Source: Vicinamibacterales bacterium
Lineage (GTDB): Bacteria; Acidobacteriota; Vicinamibacteria; Vicinamibacterales; UBA2999
DNA: 64,000 nucleotides
Assembly (NCBI GenBank): GCA_036407095.1
Contig: DASWZV010000163.1
Span: 57,105 to 121,104, forward strand
Direction: 5' to 3'
Part shown: in pieces, positions 27,128-37,002 of the stretch
Layout: the number at the start of each line of letters is the position of its first letter
Position numbering within the stretch: position 1 is the first letter of the stretch
Translations under genes and position numbers: made by a program
Notes under the pieces: generated by a model
The model's database searches: none
The model's input: only the letters and a program-made list of their open reading frames with translations
What the model was told of the DNA's origin: nothing

Positions 27128-28558
27128 ATGGCCGCGTTCTTCCCGATGTTCTTCATGCCGAGTCACCGGCAGATGATGCTGGAGCACTGGTGGGACTGGG
27201 CTCCGGGTGTGATTTCGATCGTCGTTGCGATCGCGATCGCGCTGGCCGTCGGCATGACGAACGCGCGTCCGGCGATGGTGACGGTGCTGGCGCTCGTGTT
27301 CGAAGTGATCAGCAGCTACGGTATCGCGGCAGCCGAGTTCCTCCAGCCCACCGGCCTCAGTGTGGGCCAGCACTGGGTCGGCCTGTCATGGGTCGCGGTC
27401 TGGGTGCTGCTCTTCAACGTGGTCGTGCCGACGGTGCCACGCTATGCGGTCGTTGCCGCACTGGCGTCGGTGACCGCCGTGCCCGTGTCCATGCTGCTCT
27501 CGATCCGGCTGTTTCCACCGACGGGCAGCCCGGACTTCTTCATGATCTTCTTCGCCTTCGTCTTCCCCTACCTGCTCGTAGTGATCATGGCGTATGTGGG
27601 CGCACGGGTCGTGTATGCGCTCGGTACCGAGGTCACGCGTGCGCAGGAGCTCGGAAGCTATCGGCTCGAAGATCGACTGGGCGAGGGCGGCATGGGCGAA
27701 GTCTGGCGCGCCAGCCATCGCCTGCTCGCGCGTCCCGCCGCGATCAAGCTGATTCGAACGACACTGAGCGGGGCCGGCATCTCCGAAGACGCGCGACGGC
27801 GTTTCGAGCGCGAGGCGCAGGTCATCGCGCGTCTGCGATCGCCGCACACGGTGACGCTCTTCGATTTCGGCGTCTCAGCGGAGGGCTCGTTCTACTACGT
27901 CATGGAACTGCTCGAGGGTCTCGATGCCGAACGGCTGATCAAACGCTTCGGCCCGATCCCTGCCGAGCGGGTCGTGCACGTGCTCAAGCAGATGTGTCAC
28001 TCGCTGTCGGAGGCCGACTCGTGCGGACTGGTCCATCGTGACATCAAGCCCGCCAACGTCTTCCTCTGTCGATACGGCGAGGACCTCGACTTCGTGAAGA
28101 TTCTCGACTTCGGCATCGCAAAGGCGATCGGCGATTCGTCGCCGAACGCACCGCCGACGATCACGATGGGCAACGTCATTCAGGGAACGCCCGCGTTCAT
28201 CGCACCCGAACAGATCGTCGGCGACGCGGACATCGACACGCGGGCCGACATCTACTCGACCGGGTGCGTGGCCTACTGGCTTCTGACCGGAGAGCTGGTA
28301 TTCACGGCGGACACGGCGATGAAGCTGCTGCTCGCTCATGCGCAGACGCCTCCCGACCCGCCTTCATCGCGGACCGAGCTGCCGATCCCGCCCGACCTCG
28401 ATGCGCTGGTGCTGGCCTGCCTCGCCAAGAGTCGGGAGCAGCGACCGAAGTCGCCACGCGACCTGCTGGAACGCCTCGATGCCCTGACCCTCCACCAGCC
28501 CTGGACCAGCGACCGCGCACGCGACTGGTGGAACACACACTTGCCTGCGAACGAATGA
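27128..28558 (+). CDS. Ser/Thr protein kinase with N-terminal polytopic membrane domain
   Basis: About 5 TM helices, then LGEGGMGEVW, AIKLI, HRDIKPANVFL, DFGIAK and FIAPE. The frame is open upstream to at least 26942 without ATG/GTG/TTG, so the true start may be non-canonical. Confidence 0.85.
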   Translation: MAAFFPMFFMPSHRQMMLEHWWDWAPGVISIVVAIAIALAVGMTNARPAMVTVLALVFEVISSYGIAAAEFLQPTGLSVGQHWVGLSWVAVWVLLFNVVVPTVPRYAVVAALASVTAVPVSMLLSIRLFPPTGSPDFFMIFFAFVFPYLLVVIMAYVGARVVYALGTEVTRAQELGSYRLEDRLGEGGMGEVWRASHRLLARPAAIKLIRTTLSGAGISEDARRRFEREAQVIARLRSPHTVTLFDFGVSAEGSFYYVMELLEGLDAERLIKRFGPIPAERVVHVLKQMCHSLSEADSCGLVHRDIKPANVFLCRYGEDLDFVKILDFGIAKAIGDSSPNAPPTITMGNVIQGTPAFIAPEQIVGDADIDTRADIYSTGCVAYWLLTGELVFTADTAMKLLLAHAQTPPDPPSSRTELPIPPDLDALVLACLAKSREQRPKSPRDLLERLDALTLHQPWTSDRARDWWNTHLPANE

Positions 28559-28602
28559 ACTCGTGAACGGGTAGTTCAACGTTCGGGGTTCACGAACTGC
28601 AG

Positions 28603-28983
28603 CTACTTTTTTGCGGCTGCGATCGAATCCACCTTGATCGTCTTCGTCTTCGCGTCGAGCGTGCCGGCGATGGTGACTTTCTGCCCGGCGAATTTTTCGG
28701 GCAGCTTCTGATCGCTCAATACGTACGCGCTCTTGCCGTCGTACAGGACGTACGACGCACCGTGGAGCGCGATGCACGCCTTGGTGCATTCGGCATCGTT
28801 CGGCCCCATGCGCATGCCCGAGTGATCGCCCTTCGCGCACATGTCGTCGGTGATCACGCCGGTGAATTTCTGTTTCGCCTGACCAGCAGAGAGTGCGGCG
28901 ACGAACAGAAGGGCGATGGAAAGAGTCAGTGTAGGCCGGGTCCTGGTCTTTGGACCCGGCGTAGAACGGATCGAATCGATCAT
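28603..28983 (-). CDS. small secreted Cys-containing hypothetical protein
   Basis: 126 aa. Leader LSIALLFVAALSAGQA. Codons ~7-19 (STPGPKTRTRPTL) are encoded by a family 2 repeat copy. Confidence 0.55.
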   Translation of the reverse strand: MIDSIRSTPGPKTRTRPTLTLSIALLFVAALSAGQAKQKFTGVITDDMCAKGDHSGMRMGPNDAECTKACIALHGASYVLYDGKSAYVLSDQKLPEKFAGQKVTIAGTLDAKTKTIKVDSIAAAKK

Positions 28984-29019
28984 GGCGTCGATGAATCAGG
29001 GCCGCCTGAAGGCGGCCCC
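28927..29019. repeat. family 2 hairpin (28927-28963) next to family 3 hairpin (28999-29019)
   Basis: CAGTGTAGGCCGGGTCC-N8-GGACCCGGCG and GGGCCGCC-TGAA-GGCGGCCC. The first overlaps the 5' coding end of 28603..28983. The second sits downstream of the stop of 29033..29575. Confidence 0.8.
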
Positions 29020-29032
29020 TACAGGTGATCCT

Positions 29033-29575
29033 CTAGAATCCCGGGATCATCAGGTGCGCGGTCGACGTGCCGGCATCCATGATCCACACGCCGCCCTGCT
29101 TCCCGTTGTCGGGCAGGCCCGTCGACTGCGTCGTCGCACCAGGCACGGCAATCGTGGTGTGCCGGCGGATCATGTCCTTGTTCATGCCCATGACGTGATA
29201 CCAGACCGACCCGTACTCCGGCTTGATCCGGGAGCCGTCCTTTTCAGCAGCGGCGAGCGCGGCCTGCCGTTTCGCCCGATCGGGCTCGGCTTCGAACTTC
29301 AGGTTCTGCGCCACGCGCGGCAGGTTGGCCAAGCTGGTGCACTCGGCCGCGAACGGCTGCTGTCCCGGCTGTCCAGAACGATCGAAGCAGACCAGGGTGT
29401 TCGTACCCTTCCTGACCGTATCGTACGTGTAGTCCGGCTTCCACTTGACGACCGTGGCGCCGTCCTTCAACTGAGGGGGTGCGGGTGTGAGCGCCGTCTC
29501 GAGATCTGCCGGCGCCTGCGCGAAAGCGCTGGTCGAGAGAGCCAGCGCACCAACAATCAGAGCGATGCGTTTCAT
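29033..29575 (-). CDS. secreted hypothetical protein
   Basis: Uses the internal ATG at 29575. Signal peptide MKRIALIVGALALSTSAFA. I recognise no motif. Confidence 0.55.
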   Translation of the reverse strand: MKRIALIVGALALSTSAFAQAPADLETALTPAPPQLKDGATVVKWKPDYTYDTVRKGTNTLVCFDRSGQPGQQPFAAECTSLANLPRVAQNLKFEAEPDRAKRQAALAAAEKDGSRIKPEYGSVWYHVMGMNKDMIRRHTTIAVPGATTQSTGLPDNGKQGGVWIMDAGTSTAHLMIPGF

Positions 29576-29665
29576 TGCGTAACCTCCAGCCTCCACGCGC
29601 CCTTATGTGGCTTTCGCGAACGGTCGTGTCGGCAGCGTTGTGCAGTATAACCCTGTCCGCATCGT

Positions 29666-30688
29666 CTAGACGCGGCCGGCTCCCTGGCGTTCAGACGCAC
29701 GGGCCACTTCGACGAGGTCGCGCACTGCAGCGACAATCACCTCGGGCTCGTCGAACTGAATCCAATGCGTGCTCCGCCCGGCCGTGATGTGCCGCCCGCG
29801 TGACGAGCTCTCCGCAAGCTTGCGATGAACAACGAGCTCCTCGAGCGGCTGATTGCCGCTCGAAATCACGACCACCGGCACGTCGGGTGGAGGCGCGTAT
29901 CTGGCCAGCGACGCCCCTTCCCGCTCGAACGCTTCCAGATGATCCCGCATGGAGCGGAAGCATTTCGGCTGACACCAGATCGCTCGCACGACGGGATGCA
30001 CATCCGGCGGAAGCTTCCGCACTTCCAGCACGAACCGCTCCAGATTCTGTGCAGCAGTAGGACCGAAGATCTTGACGAATCGACGCGGCGCGCCCGGCAT
30101 ACCACCGACGAGCAGCGCCAGGCACGCACGGACGACTCCGACGTGGGCAAGCCAGCCGCCGATGCTCGAGAAGAATCGCCCGCCACGAAGCAGACGCGCG
30201 CGCGCTGGCGTCATCGTCAACCATTCGGTCGGCGGATCGACGAGCACGATGCCGGCGACGCTCAGTGGATGTCGCGCGGCGTAGGCGCGAACGACGAACG
30301 TTCCGAACGAGTGGCCGACCAGCACGAACGGCCCGCGGCCATCGACGCGTGCGAGGACGGATGCGAGCTCGTCGACGATGCGGTCCAGCGTTCTGGCCTG
30401 CGACGGCGCGTCGCTCCACGCCAGCCCCGCGCGATCGTAGGCGCAGACACGTGCGAACGTCGCGATCTGCGGTTGCACTGCCGCCCAGCTGAGAGACGAG
30501 GCGGCGATGCCGGCCTCGAGCAGGACCACCGGGCCGCCTTCGCCCCTGCAGTTGACGTGCACCCGATGGCCACCGACGTCAACCATTTGCCCCGGAGGCG
30601 GGAAGAATCGACGATCACGCCGCTGACCTGACCATTGATAGGCCCAGCCAAGCGCGAGGAGCGCAAGAACACCGCCGAGAAACACCAC
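29666..30688 (-). CDS. membrane-anchored alpha/beta hydrolase
   Basis: N-terminal TM VFLGGVLALLALGWAY. Nucleophile elbow LVGHSFGT. 340 aa. Confidence 0.75.
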   Translation of the reverse strand: MVFLGGVLALLALGWAYQWSGQRRDRRFFPPPGQMVDVGGHRVHVNCRGEGGPVVLLEAGIAASSLSWAAVQPQIATFARVCAYDRAGLAWSDAPSQARTLDRIVDELASVLARVDGRGPFVLVGHSFGTFVVRAYAARHPLSVAGIVLVDPPTEWLTMTPARARLLRGGRFFSSIGGWLAHVGVVRACLALLVGGMPGAPRRFVKIFGPTAAQNLERFVLEVRKLPPDVHPVVRAIWCQPKCFRSMRDHLEAFEREGASLARYAPPPDVPVVVISSGNQPLEELVVHRKLAESSSRGRHITAGRSTHWIQFDEPEVIVAAVRDLVEVARASERQGAGRV

Positions 30689-31027
30689 GGTTCAATCGTC
30701 GATCCGATCTCGAGGCGCGGCAAGGGATTCGACCGCATCGAGACGCTGATGTGAGAACAGCGTGACAGCGAAACAGTGGTTCAGCTGCACTGGACGAGCT
30801 CGCCGCATCAGGTAGGCAGACGTAGTCGCGTCTGTCGGCGACGCTGCAACATCGACCGCGACTTGTCGTGAACTGCAACACGTCTTCGTGATGTGGACGA
30901 TTCGACACACCGAATTTTTCGCGGCAAATCGCGATCGGGCGGGCGCACATCCTCGCGAGAACGGGAATGCTGATTGCACTCAGCGCGCGAACGGCACTGC
31001 CGCTTGAAAACGGAAGACCGGCTGCCT

Positions 31028-31501
31028 ATGGATCCCGATATCCCGATCGAGGCCCAGGACATCGTACGGGCATACATGACGGTGCTCGAGCATCAGTACC
31101 GTACGAACGAGTCGTTCCCGATGCCTCTGTCGACACTGCCGTATCCGAAGCCCATCATCAAACGATCGATGAAGACGATGGTCGTGTCGCTGTCGGCGAC
31201 CGGCCAGTTGACGTCGGAGCTGCGCGACGGGCTCGAAATCGCGTATGCCACGCTCGCCGACTACCTGGACGACGAACTGGTTCAGGTCATGCGCGAATAC
31301 AGCGCCGCGATGTCGGAGCTCGATGGCGACGGACGAATCGGCCGCGAAAAGACGAGCACCACGGCATGGGGTCGAATATCTGCGACGAGCTCGCTCGTGG
31401 CTCGCATCGCGCAGGCTTCGGCAGAGGAGGCCGACACTCTCCGAGCCGAGTTTCATTCTTTCCAGCCGCAGACCGCGGCGCCCGCATCGACCGGTACCTG
31501 A
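31028..31501 (+). CDS. acidic helical hypothetical protein, 157 aa
   Basis: Uses ATG 31028 within ORF 30974..31501. It ends 42 nt before the next gene on the same strand. I recognise no motif. Confidence 0.45.
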   Translation: MDPDIPIEAQDIVRAYMTVLEHQYRTNESFPMPLSTLPYPKPIIKRSMKTMVVSLSATGQLTSELRDGLEIAYATLADYLDDELVQVMREYSAAMSELDGDGRIGREKTSTTAWGRISATSSLVARIAQASAEEADTLRAEFHSFQPQTAAPASTGT

Positions 31502-31543
31502 ACGCTCTTAATTACTCTCACAGCACAGAGAGGAGCCAGATCC

Positions 31544-33337
31544 ATGAGTCACGCTCCCACGATGTCCCCGGCGCGCATCACGTCACGCGCCGATATCGAA
31601 GCTGAAATCAGTCGTCGTCTGGCCGCGGAACGCGCACGACTGGAGGGCGAGGCTGGCATTCGCATACGTCCGGTCGAGCACTTCAAGCGACCGGCTGAAC
31701 TGGCGTTCACCGCGGATCAGCGTGATCGCGTCACGATTCTGATTGGCGGGTTGACCTGGAAGCACGACGCGCTCGTCCGGGCGGCGATGCAGTCGGCCGG
31801 CTATCGGGTCGAGGTCATGCCGATCCCCGATGTTCCCGCGTTCCAGCTCGGAAAGGAATACGGCAACAACGGTCAGTGCAACCCGACCTACTTCATGGTC
31901 GGCCACCTGATTCAGTTTCTCCAGAATCTCGAGCGGCAGGGGATGTCGCGCCAGGACATCATCGACCGCTATGTCTTCTTCACCGCCGGCTCGTGCGGTC
32001 CGTGCCGCTTCGGCATGTACGAAGCCGAGTACCGGCTCGCGGTGCAGAACGCCGGGTTCGACGGATTTCGAATTCTGCTGTTTCAGCAGACCGACGGCGT
32101 GAAGTCGGCGACCGGCGAACCAGGACTGAAGTTCACGGTCGACTTCGGCATGGGCGCCTTTGCCGGGCTCAACTTCGGCGACGTGCTCAACGACGTCACG
32201 TATCAGATCCGTCCGTTCGAGGCGCAGTCTGGCGAGACCGATCGCGTCGTCGACGAGTGCATGGCGTATCTCACTTCACGCATGCGCGAGCGCGAGATGT
32301 ACGACCTGAGGAAGTCGACGAGCTTCATCGGCTCGCGCATGGCGAAGAAGCCGAAGCTCGAGGGCATCTTCAACACGCTCGGCAAAGTGCACGACCACCT
32401 CTACGGCCGTCAGACCGACGAGACGCTGCGCCATCTGCGCGATCGCCTCGCGACGATCGACGTCGACCGTCTCCGCGTGAAACCGATCGTCAAGGTCACC
32501 GGCGAATTCTGGGCGCAGACCACCGAGGGCGACGGCAACTTCCGGATGTTCAGCTTCCTCGAACGCGAGGGCGCGCAGGTGATCGTCGAGCCGATCGGCA
32601 CCTGGGCGCTGTACATGTTGTGGCTCGCCAAAGCAACGCACGCGGCGAAGAAAGGCCTCAACGGGCAGGGCTGGAAGCACGAACTCCAGCACCGGTTGAA
32701 GCAGGGCTACTTCGCGCTCGGGCGCCGCTTCTACGCGCACCAGTACCGCCGCGTCGTGCGCGCGCTCGGCGACATCGCGCACCCGCTCGTCAGCCTCGAG
32801 GAGCTCGCGACGCTCGCCTCTCCGTACTACAACGTGTTCGCCCGCGGCGGTGAAGGCCACATGGAAGTGGCCAAGAACATCTACTACACGACCCACAAGA
32901 AGTGTCACATGGTGCTGAGCCTCAAGCCCTTCGGCTGCATGCCGTCATCGCAGTCCGATGGGGTGCAGTCGGCGGTCATGAGCCACTTCAAGGACATGAT
33001 CTTCCTGCCGATCGAGACGTCGGGCGAGGGTGAGGTCAACGCGCATAGCCGCGTGCAGATGGCGCTCGGTGAAGCCAAGATCAAAGCCAAAGCGGAGTTT
33101 CAGCAGGCGCTGGAGTCGACGGGCAAACGGCTCGACGACGTACGAGCGTTCGTCGCGGATCACCCGGTGTTGCGAAATCCCTTCTACAAAGTGCCGCATC
33201 GGCATGGAATCACGGGCACGGCAGCCACGTTCGTGCTCCACGTCAGCGACCTGATGGATGGCAAAGCGCGCTGGGCAGCGACGCCGAAGACGACTGCATC
33301 GGCTACAGGCAACGCGACTCTAAAGCAGGCGTCGTAA
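31544..33337 (+). CDS. 2-hydroxyacyl-CoA dehydratase-like subunit (DUF2229/HGD-D-type), PlsR-like
   Basis: Motifs GNNGQCNPTYF, GSCGPCRFGMYEAEY and KPFGCMPS. GAGGAG RBS. 597 aa. Confidence 0.75.
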   Translation: MSHAPTMSPARITSRADIEAEISRRLAAERARLEGEAGIRIRPVEHFKRPAELAFTADQRDRVTILIGGLTWKHDALVRAAMQSAGYRVEVMPIPDVPAFQLGKEYGNNGQCNPTYFMVGHLIQFLQNLERQGMSRQDIIDRYVFFTAGSCGPCRFGMYEAEYRLAVQNAGFDGFRILLFQQTDGVKSATGEPGLKFTVDFGMGAFAGLNFGDVLNDVTYQIRPFEAQSGETDRVVDECMAYLTSRMREREMYDLRKSTSFIGSRMAKKPKLEGIFNTLGKVHDHLYGRQTDETLRHLRDRLATIDVDRLRVKPIVKVTGEFWAQTTEGDGNFRMFSFLEREGAQVIVEPIGTWALYMLWLAKATHAAKKGLNGQGWKHELQHRLKQGYFALGRRFYAHQYRRVVRALGDIAHPLVSLEELATLASPYYNVFARGGEGHMEVAKNIYYTTHKKCHMVLSLKPFGCMPSSQSDGVQSAVMSHFKDMIFLPIETSGEGEVNAHSRVQMALGEAKIKAKAEFQQALESTGKRLDDVRAFVADHPVLRNPFYKVPHRHGITGTAATFVLHVSDLMDGKARWAATPKTTASATGNATLKQAS

Positions 33338-33378
33338 ACGGCATGCCCATCGGCTTGCGCAGAAGAAGCAGGTGAGAC

Positions 33379-36300
33379 ATGGCGAACACACAGTACCTGG
33401 TGGGCCTCGATGTTGGTTCGACGACGGTGAAGGCCGTGGCCATCGACGCGACGACCGACGAGATGGTGTGGTCGGACTATCAACGCCACGAGACCAAGCA
33501 GCCTGAGAAGACGCTCGAGTTCCTTCAGCGGCTCGAGACCGACCTGCAGATCGGCGCCGGCAACTGCCGCATGTTCATCACCGGATCGGGCGGCAACACG
33601 CTGGCGCCGAGAATCGGTGCCAAGTTCGTGCAGGAGGTCACCGCCGTCTCGCTCGCAGTCGAAAAGCTCCATCCCGAGGTGAATTCGGTGATCGAGCTCG
33701 GCGGACAGGACGCCAAGATCATCGTCTTCAAGGAAGACTCCGAGAGCGGGCGCAAGAAGAAGATCCCGTCGATGAACGACAAGTGCGCCGGCGGCACTGG
33801 CGCCGTGATCGACAAGATCAACGCGAAGCTCAAGATTCCAGTCGAGGAGCTCGGACGCCAGCGGTACGATGGCATCAAGCTGCACAAGGTCGCCGGCAAA
33901 TGCGGCGTCTTCGCCGAGACCGATATCAATGGGCTCCAGAAGGAAGGCACGCCGTCCGACGAGCTGATGGCGTCGCTCTTCGACGCGATCGTGCTGCAGA
34001 ACCTGACGGTACTCACTCGCGGCCATACGCTCCGGCCGCACGTCCTGCTGCTCGGGGGCCCGAATACGTTCATCGACGGCATGCGCGAAGCGTGGCAGGC
34101 CAACATCCCGAAGGTCTGGAAGGAACGCGGCATCGAGATTCCCTCCGGTGAGACCCCGCAGTCGCTGATCAAGACACCGAGGAACGCGCAGTACTTCGCG
34201 GCGCTCGGCGCCGTCGAGTTCGGCAAAGGCGAAGACGATACAGTCGGCCAGTACTTGGGTATGTCGGATCTCGAGCACTACATCACCATCGGCCGTCTCG
34301 AAGAGAAGGCGGCGTCAGGTGGTCGAGGCTTGAGTGCATCGGTCGACGAGCTTGCGACATTCAAAGAGCAATACAAGCCGAAGCGATTTGTCGCGCCTCC
34401 CCTACCCGCGGGCGCGAGCGTTCAGGGATTCATCGGCGTCGACGGCGGGTCGACATCCACCAAAGCGGTCCTGCTCTCTCCCGACGGCGACGTTCTGCGG
34501 AAGGTCTATCAGCTCTCGAAGGGCAACCCGATCCAGGACGCCATCGACATGTTCACCTCGCTGCGTTCGCAAGTCGAGGAGGCGGGCTCCACGCTCGAGG
34601 TGCTGGGGGTCGGGACGACCGGCTACGCCAAGGACATCCTGCGCGATGTGCTGCAGGCGGACGCGGCGCTCGTCGAGACCGTCGCGCACACCGAGTCGGC
34701 AATCAAGTTCTACAGCGACCCGCACGTCATCGTCGACGTCGGCGGACAGGACATCAAGCTGATCGTGCTGACCGACGGACGCGTCAAGGACTTCCGGCTG
34801 AACACACAGTGCTCGGCCGGCAACGGCTACTTCCTGCAGTCGACGGCCGACAGCCTCGGCGTCCCGCTGACCGAGTACGCGGACCGCGCGTTCGCCGCCG
34901 ACGCGATGCCGATCTTCGGGTACGGCTGCGCTGTCTTCATGCAGTCCGACATCGTCAACTTCCAACGTCAGGGATGGGCGCCGGAAGAGATCCTTGCCGG
35001 CCTGGCAGCGGTCCTGCCCAAGAACATCTTTCTCTACGTCGCCAGCATTCCCAACCTGGCGAAGCTCGGCAGCCGTTTCATTCTGCAGGGCGGCACGCAG
35101 CACAACCTCGCGGCGGTCAAAGCCGAGGTCGACTTCATCCGCTCCAATTTCCGTGGCGCGGCGGTGCAGCCCGAGATCATCGTCCACGAACACTGCGGCG
35201 AGTCGGGCGCGATCGGCGCGGCCGTCGAGGCGCTGCGGCTGTGGAAGAACGGGCACCGCACGACGTTCATCGGCTTGAACGCTGTTGAAAAGATCAGCTA
35301 CCGCACGACACGCAACGAGGCGACGCGCTGCTACTTCTGCAAGAACAACTGTCTGCGGACGTTCATCGACATCAAGATGTCCTCCTCCGCGGCCGTGAAT
35401 GGTGCGGCCGCTGCGACGGAGGACAAGTCCGCGCCTGCGCCGCAGCCGGCTCCAGTCGCCGCGCCGCTCAAGTTCGTGTCGAAGGTGCCGAAGGCGGACG
35501 ATGAGCAGCGCCTCATCATCTCGACGTGCGAGAAAGGCAGCGTCGAGGATGTCGAGGCGATGCGGACGATCAAGGCGGGACTCGACTCGAAAAAGAAGTC
35601 GCACCCCAATTTCGTCGATATCGCCGCGCGCGAAGTGTGGCGTACACGCAGCCCGGAGTCGGTCGCCGATCCGCTGCCGAAGCCGCGCGCGTTCGATCGC
35701 GCGGGCCGCGCTCGCCTCGACGCGATGACGCGACGGGGGGCGTTGCGCATCGGCATGCCGCGCGTGCTCAACATGTACACGTATGCGCCGTTCTTCAGCG
35801 GCTACTTCGAGAGCCTGGGCGTGCTCGGCGGGAACCTCGTGTACTCGGACTTCACGACCAACGAGCTGTACCGCGAGGGCGCCGGCCGCGGCGCGATCGA
35901 TCCCTGCTTCCCTGCCAAGATCGGCATCGCGCACGTCCACAACCTCCTGGTCGCGAAGCACGCGAAGAAGAAGCTCGACTACATCTTCTTCCCGATGGTC
36001 GACACGCTCCACACCGAGCTGACGCACCTGCAGGGCTCGAACGCCTGTCCCACCGTGACCGTGACGCCAGAGACGGCGAAAGCCGCGTTTATCAAGGAAG
36101 GCGACATCTTTGCGGAGCAGGGCATCACGTACCTCAACCCGATTCTGAACTTCGACGACCTGCCGTTGCTCAAACGTCAGATGTTCAGGACGTGGGCCGG
36201 AGCGCTCGGTCTCTCAGAGGACGAGAACGCACGCGCCACCGAGATCGGCTTGCGTGAACTTGCGGCGTATGAAACCGACATCCGGCGCCGCGCCCGCGAA

Positions 36301-36990
36301 GTGCTGGACGAGCTGGAACGCGAGAACCGGATCGGCATCGTGCTCCTGGCGCGGCCGTACCATCACGACCCGGGCCTCAATCACGAGATCCTCGATGAGT
36401 TCCAGAAGCTCGGGTACCCGGTCTTCACCCAGAGCACTCTCCCCCTGGATGACGACCTGCTCGAGCGGTTCTTCGGCGACGAAGTGCGTGCCGGAGTGAT
36501 CCCCGGTCCGAAGGCGATCACCGACGTCTGGAAGAACTGCTACTCGGCGAACACCAACTTGAAGGTGTGGGCCGCCAAACTGACGGCGCGGCACCCGAAT
36601 CTCGTGGCGCTCGAGATGTCGAGCTTCAAGTGCGGTCACGACGCGCCGATCTACTCGGTCATCGAATCGATCATCGAGAAATCGGGCACGCCCTACTTCT
36701 CGTTCAAGGACATCGACGAGAACAAGCCGACCGGCTCGATCAGGATCCGCGTCGAGACGATGCACTACTTCCTGAAGCGCTACACCGAGGACAAGCAGCG
36801 CAAGAAGGACGCGGCGGCGGCCATCGACGTCGAGCTCGCCGCATACGAACAACGTCTCCGGGCGGAGCTGCTGCAGGCTGAAGAGTTCGCCGAGGTCAGC
36901 GCGCGAGGACGTGAGGCGTTCAAGGGGCGGATGGTGCCGCTGATACCGGTTCCGGCGCAGAGTGCCTGCGAGAGCATTGCTGCTGATTGA
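33379..36990 (+). CDS. fused double BcrAD/BadFG-type ATPase (activase) + dehydratase-like C-terminal half, PlsA-like, 1203 aa
   Basis: Two ATPase modules (LVGLDVGSTTVKA and FIGVDGGSTSTKA). Each carries the paired cluster cysteines: NDKCAGGTG with GKCGVFAETD, and NTQCSAGNG with GYGCAVFMQSD. These are followed by CYFCKNNC, an Ala/Pro linker, then DPCFPAK, SNACPTVT and FKCGHDAP. Confidence 0.8.
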   Translation: MANTQYLVGLDVGSTTVKAVAIDATTDEMVWSDYQRHETKQPEKTLEFLQRLETDLQIGAGNCRMFITGSGGNTLAPRIGAKFVQEVTAVSLAVEKLHPEVNSVIELGGQDAKIIVFKEDSESGRKKKIPSMNDKCAGGTGAVIDKINAKLKIPVEELGRQRYDGIKLHKVAGKCGVFAETDINGLQKEGTPSDELMASLFDAIVLQNLTVLTRGHTLRPHVLLLGGPNTFIDGMREAWQANIPKVWKERGIEIPSGETPQSLIKTPRNAQYFAALGAVEFGKGEDDTVGQYLGMSDLEHYITIGRLEEKAASGGRGLSASVDELATFKEQYKPKRFVAPPLPAGASVQGFIGVDGGSTSTKAVLLSPDGDVLRKVYQLSKGNPIQDAIDMFTSLRSQVEEAGSTLEVLGVGTTGYAKDILRDVLQADAALVETVAHTESAIKFYSDPHVIVDVGGQDIKLIVLTDGRVKDFRLNTQCSAGNGYFLQSTADSLGVPLTEYADRAFAADAMPIFGYGCAVFMQSDIVNFQRQGWAPEEILAGLAAVLPKNIFLYVASIPNLAKLGSRFILQGGTQHNLAAVKAEVDFIRSNFRGAAVQPEIIVHEHCGESGAIGAAVEALRLWKNGHRTTFIGLNAVEKISYRTTRNEATRCYFCKNNCLRTFIDIKMSSSAAVNGAAAATEDKSAPAPQPAPVAAPLKFVSKVPKADDEQRLIISTCEKGSVEDVEAMRTIKAGLDSKKKSHPNFVDIAAREVWRTRSPESVADPLPKPRAFDRAGRARLDAMTRRGALRIGMPRVLNMYTYAPFFSGYFESLGVLGGNLVYSDFTTNELYREGAGRGAIDPCFPAKIGIAHVHNLLVAKHAKKKLDYIFFPMVDTLHTELTHLQGSNACPTVTVTPETAKAAFIKEGDIFAEQGITYLNPILNFDDLPLLKRQMFRTWAGALGLSEDENARATEIGLRELAAYETDIRRRAREVLDELERENRIGIVLLARPYHHDPGLNHEILDEFQKLGYPVFTQSTLPLDDDLLERFFGDEVRAGVIPGPKAITDVWKNCYSANTNLKVWAAKLTARHPNLVALEMSSFKCGHDAPIYSVIESIIEKSGTPYFSFKDIDENKPTGSIRIRVETMHYFLKRYTEDKQRKKDAAAAIDVELAAYEQRLRAELLQAEEFAEVSARGREAFKGRMVPLIPVPAQSACESIAAD

Positions 36991-37002
36991 GCGGGGGACA
37001 TC

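Noticed and set aside
24937-27156. ORFs 24937..25935 (332 aa) and 26074..27156 (360 aa) on the minus strand
   Set aside because: They are antisense to htpG, which is unambiguous on the plus strand.
33184-36027. Long minus-strand ORFs 33184..34278 (364 aa) and 34402..36027 (541 aa)
   Set aside because: They are antisense to the double-ATPase gene, and their composition (Arg/Asp/Leu/Val runs) is typical of shadow ORFs.
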